Source: an uncultured Gammaproteobacteria bacterium
GTDB lineage: Bacteria > Patescibacteriota > Patescibacteriia > UBA2591 > UBA6264
Assembly: GCA_964507075.1 (NCBI GenBank)
Contig: CAZDOL010000018.1
Span: forward strand, 3,623-9,540
DNA: 5,918 bases
Direction: 5' to 3'
Shown here in pieces: positions 1 to 4,388 of the stretch. The first letter of the stretch is position 1; the number at the start of each line of letters is the position of its first letter. Below the pieces are notes generated by a model, which was not told the origin of the DNA, searched no databases, and saw only the letters and a program-made list of their open reading frames with translations. The translations under genes were made by a program, and so were the position numbers.

Positions 1-429
1 TTTGTCGTTCCTCAATTTATTGACGTTGAACCTAAAATTTTAGGTCCGATTACACCACGCCAATTAATTATTTTAATTGTTACATTTGGTTTAGGTTTTA
101 TTTGTTTCAAGTTGTCCGATTTTACGCTTTTTATTTTTGAGGCAATTATTTTATTTATAGTTGGAGGCGCTTTGGCATTTGCAAAAGTTAATCATCAACC
201 AATTCATTCTTTTCTTTTTAATGTTTCTGTCACCCTTAAAAAACCCAAATTAAGAGTTTGGGGAAAAGAATATTCTTCTGTTCCTGAAAAAGAATTAAAA
301 ATTAAAGAAAAATTACCGACAGAGATAATAGATACTCGTCGTAAGCCCCTTTTCCGTTCCAAGCTTTCGCAGATAGCATTATTAGTTGACACTGGCGGAA
401 GATATGATGAGGAAATAGAAAACGAATAG
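1..429 (+). CDS. prgI: PrgI-family (VirB3-like) small T4SS membrane protein; 5' end cut by the window edge
   Basis: Frame 1 is open from nt 1; the ORF track shows only the TTG-initiated part 112..429. Translation from nt 1 is FVVPQFIDVEPKILGPITPRQLIILIVTFGLGFICF... This is the VPQFIDVE..KI.GP.T.RQ N-terminal signature followed by two hydrophobic helices (LIILIVTFGLGFICF and FIFEAIILFIVGGALAFA) that I recognise from PrgI-family proteins. The gene sits just upstream of VirB4, as in Gram-positive T4SS operons. Stop TAG at 427-429. Confidence 0.8.
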   Translation, partial: FVVPQFIDVEPKILGPITPRQLIILIVTFGLGFICFKLSDFTLFIFEAIILFIVGGALAFAKVNHQPIHSFLFNVSVTLKKPKLRVWGKEYSSVPEKELKIKEKLPTEIIDTRRKPLFRSKLSQIALLVDTGGRYDEEIENE

Positions 430-459
430 ACACTAATCTACGAACGAATATACACGAAA

Positions 460-478
460 CACGAATAAAAAATTCGTG
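460..478. promoter_or_regulatory. Perfect inverted repeat CACGAAT-AAAAA-ATTCGTG; operator or weak hairpin terminator after prgI
   Basis: Left arm 460-466 and right arm 472-478 are exact reverse complements with a 5-nt A spacer. The repeat starts 31 nt after the prgI-like stop and ends 48 nt before the next start codon. Confidence 0.35.
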
Positions 479-517
479 ATTCGTAAAAATTTGTTATATA
501 ATTCGTAAAAATTTGTT
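479..517. repeat. 17-nt perfect direct repeat ATTCGTAAAAATTTGTT, two copies with a 22-nt period
   Basis: Copy 1 is at 479-495 and copy 2 at 501-517, identical when read directly from the sequence. The second copy ends 9 nt before the ATG at 526. Confidence 0.9.
497..502 (+). promoter_or_regulatory. Candidate -10 box (TATAAT) for the virB4 operon
   Basis: An exact TATAAT hexamer lies at 497-502, bridging the two 17-nt repeats, 24 nt upstream of ATG 526. The best -35 at 17-bp spacing is only TCGTGA (3 of 6 matches), so support is weak. Confidence 0.3.
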
Positions 518-525
518 TAAGTTTT

Positions 526-1176
526 ATGAACATACCATCTACTCAAAAATATTTAGATATTGCGGAAATCAAAAATGACTGTTTAGTCTTGAAAGACGGC
601 AGTTTAAGAGCGGTTTTACTTGCTTCTTCTATAAACTTTGCTCTCAAATCTGAAGATGAACAAAAAGCCGTTATTCAATCTTACGCTCGTTTTTTGAATA
701 CTTTAGAATTTCCTTTACAAATTGTTATTCACTCCCGACCTTTTAATATTGACCCCTATGTCAATGAATTAAATATTCTGAAACAGAACCAAACTAACGA
801 GCTTCTTAGAAATCAAACAACAGATTATCGTGATTTTATCAAAGAATTAATAGATTTGGGAGAAATAATGAGCCGTCGTTTTTATATTGTTGTTCATTAT
901 AGTCCAGCTGGTGACAAAAAAAGAGGATTTTTGTCCAAAATTTCAGATATATTAAGCGCGGCCATCATAGTAAAGATTAAAAGAGAAAAATTTGAGGCCT
1001 ACAGAGAGATGCTTTTCAAAAGAGTTGATAATGTCATCTCAGGGCTTTCTTCTATGGGTATTAAAACTAGCCCCTTGGATACTCAGAGTTTAATTGAATT
1101 ATTTTATAACGTATACAATCCCGTAGAATCTAAAAATCAAAAATTAATAGATTTAGAAAAATTAAGAATAGAATAA
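526..1176 (+). CDS. Stand-alone homolog of the extreme N-terminal region of Gram-positive VirB4 (PrgJ/TcpF/Tn916 Orf16 type)
   Basis: 216-aa ORF. The segment STQKYLDIAEIKNDCLVLKDGSLRAVLLASSINFALKSEDEQKAVIQSYARFLNTLEFPLQIVIHS follows the pattern I recall at the start of full-length Gram-positive VirB4 ATPases (...DG...y...f.DINY.La..eDk..if..w..FLN.......Q...). It ends in a double stop TAATAA (1174-1179), 4 nt before the next ATG. Confidence 0.7.
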   Translation: MNIPSTQKYLDIAEIKNDCLVLKDGSLRAVLLASSINFALKSEDEQKAVIQSYARFLNTLEFPLQIVIHSRPFNIDPYVNELNILKQNQTNELLRNQTTDYRDFIKELIDLGEIMSRRFYIVVHYSPAGDKKRGFLSKISDILSAAIIVKIKREKFEAYREMLFKRVDNVISGLSSMGIKTSPLDTQSLIELFYNVYNPVESKNQKLIDLEKLRIE

Positions 1177-1180
1177 TAAT

Positions 1181-3064
1181 ATGTCTATAACCCCAGATAG
1201 TTTAATAGAAAAAGAAGAAGACAAAGAAAAAAAGGTTTCTTCTTTGTCAGACCAAAAAGCTCATGAATTTATTGATACTGAAGAAAAATATCAACGTGGT
1301 CGTTTTACGGTTCAAGATTTGATTGCTCCTTCAGCTTTAAGGGTAAATCCTCAATATCTCCAGTTGGGAGATAGATATTTGCGGACGATTTTTGTAGTAG
1401 GATTTCCAAGATATATTTCTGTGGGGTGGTTTATGCCAGTTATTAATTTTAATGCCTATTTGGATGTAGCTATGTTTTTTTATCCAGTTAAAGCAGGCAT
1501 TATACTTAAACAACTTCAGAATAGGGTTGGCAACCTTCAGGCTGAAATGAGCATCGCCCAGGACAAAGGTTTGCCTCGCGACCCCCTTAAAGAAACTGCT
1601 CTTAATGACATTGAACAATTAAGAGATGATTTAACTACTGGTGTTGAACATTTTTTTCAATTTGGTCTTTATATAACTGTTTATGCTAAAAGCGAGAAGA
1701 AATTAGATTTATTGACCGAAAAGATAGAAAGCCTTTTGGCTTCAAAATTAATTTATAGTCGAAGGATTTTTTACCAGTCAGAGCAAGCATTTAATTCTAC
1801 TCTTCCTTTATCTAATGACCAATTAATGATTTTAAATAATATTAATTCTTCTCCTTGCGCTTCCAGCTTCCCCTTTATCTCTGCTGATTTAACCTCAGAG
1901 AATGGTGTTCTTTATGGAGTAAATAGACACAACAACAGTTTAATTCTTTTTGATCGTTTTTCTATGCCTAATGCCAATTTTGTTGTGTTTGCTACCTCTG
2001 GAGCTGGTAAATCATATTTTTGTAAATTAGAAGTTCTGCGCTCATTGATGTTTGGTACAGATGTAATTATTATTGACCCAGAACAAGAATATAAGCATCT
2101 TTCTGATGCTGTAGGTGGTACTTATATCAATATTTCCCTTTCTTCTGAGAGCAAAATTAATCCATTTGATTTACCGAAATCAGAAGATAAAAACATTAGC
2201 GCGGCTGATGTGATTCGTACTAGTGTTATCACAATTAAGGGGCTTTTAAGAATTATGATTGGACAGGAAAATAAAGAAGGGGTTAAGAATTTTACCGCTC
2301 AGGAGGATTCTATAATGGACAGAGCTTTGATTGAAACTTATGCCAAGAAAGATATTGTTCCTGGATGTGACTTAAGTCAGGTAAACATTCCCACCATGAG
2401 CGATTTGCAAGAAATATTAGAGGGAATGGAGGGAGGAGCTGATTTAGCTGAAAGGTTAAAGAAATATACAGAAGGCACTTTTGCTGGTTTTCTTAATAAT
2501 CCTACTAATGTAGAGACGGATAATCAATTAGTTACTTTCTCTGTTCGCGACATTGAAGATGAATTAAGGCCAATGGCTATTTATACTATTGTTAGTTATA
2601 TTTGGAATGTGGTTCGGTCAAAATTAAAGAAAAGGATTTTATTGATTGACGAAGCCTGGTGGTTAATGCAACACGAAGATTCAGCCAAGTTTATCTTTGC
2701 TTTAGTTAAACGTTGCAGAAAGTATTATTTAGGGGTTACTACCATTACTCAAGACGTTAATGATTTTTTGGAATCATCTTATGGTCGGGCAATTGTGACT
2801 AATTCGGCTCTGCAATTGCTTTTAAAGCAATCACCAGCAGCTATTGACGGAGTGGCTAAAACTTTTATGCTCACTGAAGGCGAAAAATATTTATTACTGG
2901 AATGTGGAATTGGTGATGGAATATTTTTTGCTGGTTCTAAACATGCGGCTATCAAGATAGTTGCTTCTTATTCTGAAGACCAGTTAATAACATCAGACCC
3001 CAAACAATTATTAGAGATTGAGGAAGCTAAGAAGGAATTCGCGAGAGAGCAGGGCAAGAAATAA
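1181..3064 (+). CDS. virB4: VirB4/PrgJ-like T4SS ATPase: remainder of the N-terminal domain plus the ATPase domain
   Basis: 627-aa ORF. Walker A is ATSGAGKS (nt 1991-2014). Walker B is ILLIDEAW (nt 2636-2659), the DEAW form typical of VirB4. A TTITQD motif lies at nt 2738-2755. Upstream of the ATPase domain is the VirB4-type segment DLIAPSALRVNPQYLQLGDRYLRTIFVVGFPRYISVGWFMPVINF. Confidence 0.9.
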   Translation: MSITPDSLIEKEEDKEKKVSSLSDQKAHEFIDTEEKYQRGRFTVQDLIAPSALRVNPQYLQLGDRYLRTIFVVGFPRYISVGWFMPVINFNAYLDVAMFFYPVKAGIILKQLQNRVGNLQAEMSIAQDKGLPRDPLKETALNDIEQLRDDLTTGVEHFFQFGLYITVYAKSEKKLDLLTEKIESLLASKLIYSRRIFYQSEQAFNSTLPLSNDQLMILNNINSSPCASSFPFISADLTSENGVLYGVNRHNNSLILFDRFSMPNANFVVFATSGAGKSYFCKLEVLRSLMFGTDVIIIDPEQEYKHLSDAVGGTYINISLSSESKINPFDLPKSEDKNISAADVIRTSVITIKGLLRIMIGQENKEGVKNFTAQEDSIMDRALIETYAKKDIVPGCDLSQVNIPTMSDLQEILEGMEGGADLAERLKKYTEGTFAGFLNNPTNVETDNQLVTFSVRDIEDELRPMAIYTIVSYIWNVVRSKLKKRILLIDEAWWLMQHEDSAKFIFALVKRCRKYYLGVTTITQDVNDFLESSYGRAIVTNSALQLLLKQSPAAIDGVAKTFMLTEGEKYLLLECGIGDGIFFAGSKHAAIKIVASYSEDQLITSDPKQLLEIEEAKKEFAREQGKK

Positions 3065-3088
3065 TCATTAATTACTAATCATTAATTA
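3062..3088. repeat. 13-nt direct repeat TAATCATTAATTA, two copies with a 14-nt period, filling the virB4-to-next-gene spacer
   Basis: Copies at 3062-3074 and 3076-3088 are identical. Copy 1 begins with the virB4 stop codon TAA (3062-3064). Copy 2 ends 2 nt before ATG 3091. Each copy contains the mini-palindrome TAAT-C-ATTA. Confidence 0.9.
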
Positions 3089-3090
3089 TT

Positions 3091-3663
3091 ATGAAGAAAA
3101 AAAATATTTTTATCGCGATTATTATTGTTCTTCTTGTAGGGGGAGTTATTTTAATACTATTAAGCAAAGGAGATGTTGGCGTTAGACCGGAAGATGGCTC
3201 TGTCCCGAGTGTTTTGACGGAAGAAGAGAAAGAGAGTGATGTTTTAGAGAAAATTGGGGAGCAAGAAGAGGAAAAATTCGCTGACCCTCTTATTGTTCTT
3301 CAGAAGCAATTAGAAAATAGGGCTCGTTTTTTCATAGAACGTTACAACACTTATTCTTCAGACAACAATCAAGAAAATTTACGCAGTTTATTGTCTCAAG
3401 TTAGTAATAAGTTGGCAAAAGAGATAGAAGCTCGTCTGATAAAGAAAATCAACCAAGATGATAATTTTTTTAGTTTTCAAACCAAAGTGTTATCTTTGAA
3501 TTTGTCCAATTTTATTGACAACGAAAAAGCAGTTTTTGTGGGTCAAATTCAAACACAAGAAATACATAATGAACAAACAGAAATTCATTACAAAACAGCA
3601 ATACTGGAATTCATTTATGAAAATCAAGAATGGAAAGTAGACAACATTAAGTTAGGTAATTAG
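3091..3663 (+). CDS. Bitopic membrane-anchored protein with an alpha+beta C-terminal domain; candidate VirB8/PrgL-like T4SS component
   Basis: 190-aa ORF. It has a short basic N-terminus MKKKN and one TM helix IFIAIIIVLLVGGVILILL (nt 3106-3162). An acidic linker follows (TEEEKESDVLEKIGEQEEEK). The ~125-aa C-terminal domain (nt 3283-3660) has helix-like segments followed by strand-like segments (FFSFQTKVLSLNL, KAVFVGQIQTQEI, TEIHYKTAILEFIYENQEWKVDNI). It occupies the position after VirB4 where prgL-type genes sit. The functional call is inference. Confidence 0.6.
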   Translation: MKKKNIFIAIIIVLLVGGVILILLSKGDVGVRPEDGSVPSVLTEEEKESDVLEKIGEQEEEKFADPLIVLQKQLENRARFFIERYNTYSSDNNQENLRSLLSQVSNKLAKEIEARLIKKINQDDNFFSFQTKVLSLNLSNFIDNEKAVFVGQIQTQEIHNEQTEIHYKTAILEFIYENQEWKVDNIKLGN

Positions 3664-3697
3664 GTACATGGGTACTTAGGGATTGGGATTAGTATCC

Positions 3698-3729
3698 TAA
3701 TTAACCAATTAACTAATTAACCAATTAAC
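3698..3729. repeat. Four tandem octamers YAATTAAC (equivalently 2 x 16-nt TAATTAACCAATTAAC)
   Basis: TAATTAAC at 3698-3705, CAATTAAC at 3706-3713, TAATTAAC at 3714-3721 and CAATTAAC at 3722-3729, read directly. The array ends 8 nt before ATG 3738. Confidence 0.9.
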
Positions 3730-3737
3730 TAAGTCCT

Positions 3738-4388
3738 ATGCCTACCGATTTTGAGAAATCCAAACAAGAACAAGAAAAAAGAAGAGAGCTCTGGCATGAG
3801 CAACAAAAGGACCGGAGGGAAGAAACAAAACCTAATAATTTAGAAAAACTTGCAAGAAAAGAGTACCAACGCAGATTAAAGCCACAGACGCCAGTGCAAG
3901 CGTTAAGAAGAGCGACCAAAGAGATTGGAAGGGGGAGCGGGGACACAGAAGCAGTCTCTCAAAAGCCAGCAAGAATTTTGGCGCGTTTAAGAGCGCAACG
4001 GTTGCAGGAGTTAAGAGAAAAGAGAAGTAGAGAACAAAAAGGGGGCGGTAAGGTAGAAGAGGCGAAAGAGAAAATAGAAGAAACCAAGAAAGCGGCAAAA
4101 CGTTTAAAAATGATTTATCGGGTAATAAATGGAACAGCGGCAGTAACCTTAGTGGGATTAATTATCACTTTCTTGGTTATGAACGCCCAGCTTATTTTCG
4201 GTAATTTATTGAAATCAAAGATAGTTCCAGCATTATCTAAAATAGAAATTTTTATAATTTTATTCATAGATTTTGCTGTTTTCATAGCTCTCCTTTTGAC
4301 TCTTTTGCCATTAATTGCAACTGTTGCTATAATGATGGAGAGTCCAATTATAAAATTTATCGCAGATTTTTTTAATTTATCTATATGA
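3738..4388 (+). CDS. Bipartite hypothetical membrane protein: K/R/E-rich N-terminal region plus a C-terminal TM hairpin
   Basis: 216-aa ORF. Residues 1-124 (nt 3738-4109) are almost entirely charged or polar, e.g. EKRRELWHEQQKDRREETK, LRAQRLQELREKRSREQK and KVEEAKEKIEETKKAAKRLK. Residues 125-216 hold 2-3 hydrophobic helices (AAVTLVGLIITFLVMNAQLIFG and IEIFIILFIDFAVFIALLLTLLPLIATVAIMM). The TGA stop (4386-4388) overlaps the next ATG in an ATGA junction. The start is uncertain because an internal ATG at 4110 would give a TM-only protein. Confidence 0.65.
   Translation: MPTDFEKSKQEQEKRRELWHEQQKDRREETKPNNLEKLARKEYQRRLKPQTPVQALRRATKEIGRGSGDTEAVSQKPARILARLRAQRLQELREKRSREQKGGGKVEEAKEKIEETKKAAKRLKMIYRVINGTAAVTLVGLIITFLVMNAQLIFGNLLKSKIVPALSKIEIFIILFIDFAVFIALLLTLLPLIATVAIMMESPIIKFIADFFNLSI

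Larger units (their letters stand above)
422..506. promoter_or_regulatory. Array of 8 ACGAA/TTCGT pentamers in the prgI-virB4 spacer; candidate regulator-binding region
   Basis: ACGAA occurs at 422-426, 440-444, 444-448, 454-458 and 461-465. Its complement TTCGT occurs at 473-477, 480-484 and 502-506. That is eight copies of a CG-containing pentamer in 85 bp of otherwise CG-poor DNA. Confidence 0.4.

Noticed and set aside
204-392. 62-aa minus-strand ORF
   Set aside because: It lies entirely inside the better-supported PrgI-like + strand CDS. It has no recognisable motif and looks like a short chance ORF.
112-429. The track's 105-aa ORF starting at TTG 112, taken as the full gene
   Set aside because: The same frame is open back to nt 1. 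The upstream 37 codons encode the conserved PrgI-type N-terminus (VPQFIDVE..GP.T.RQ) and the first TM helix. The real gene therefore starts left of the window, and TTG 112 is an internal Leu codon.
1170-1185. The VirB4 split explained as a frameshift pseudogene or sequencing error
   Set aside because: The junction has two consecutive stops (TAA TAA). An ATG follows 4 nt after the first stop, in a different frame. The downstream frame is closed by TAG at 1169-1171, just upstream of that ATG. A single indel would not restore one continuous ORF without also removing stops. The possibility is kept as something to verify with reads.
1337-1618. 93-aa minus-strand ORF
   Set aside because: It lies entirely antisense to the VirB4 N-terminal domain coding region. 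The translation is low-complexity with no motif. The + strand frame has strong family signatures.
3097-3104. A8 homopolymer in codons 3-5 of the 190-aa gene as a phase-variation slippage tract
   Set aside because: Runs of 6-8 A or T are frequent throughout this AT-rich window (e.g. 917-923 and 5849-5855). This one simply encodes Lys-Lys-Lys-Asn of a positive-inside anchor. There is no evidence of variability from a single sequence.
3698-3729. Short tandem or direct repeats (also 479-517, 3062-3088, 5554-5583) as a CRISPR array or mobile-element termini
   Set aside because: The units are 8-17 nt with only 2-4 copies and have no unique spacers of CRISPR size. No transposase or integrase is present, and no matching inverted terminal pair flanks a segment. 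They are better treated as local regulatory or spacer repeats.
3725-4098. Two minus-strand ORFs (3725..3946 and 3832..4098), 73 and 88 aa
   Set aside because: They mirror the purine-rich K/R/E-coding stretch of the + strand gene. The antisense strand is C/T-rich, so stop codons are scarce by composition alone. The translations are S/L/F/C/P-rich low complexity, and the ORFs overlap each other.
4386-4388. Possible UGA recoding (code 4 or 25), given the CPR-like character of the locus
   Set aside because: None of the family-supported ORFs contains an in-frame TGA. The one TGA used as a stop sits in a classic ATGA stop-start overlap, with the next gene's signal peptide beginning there. The standard code 11 explains everything.
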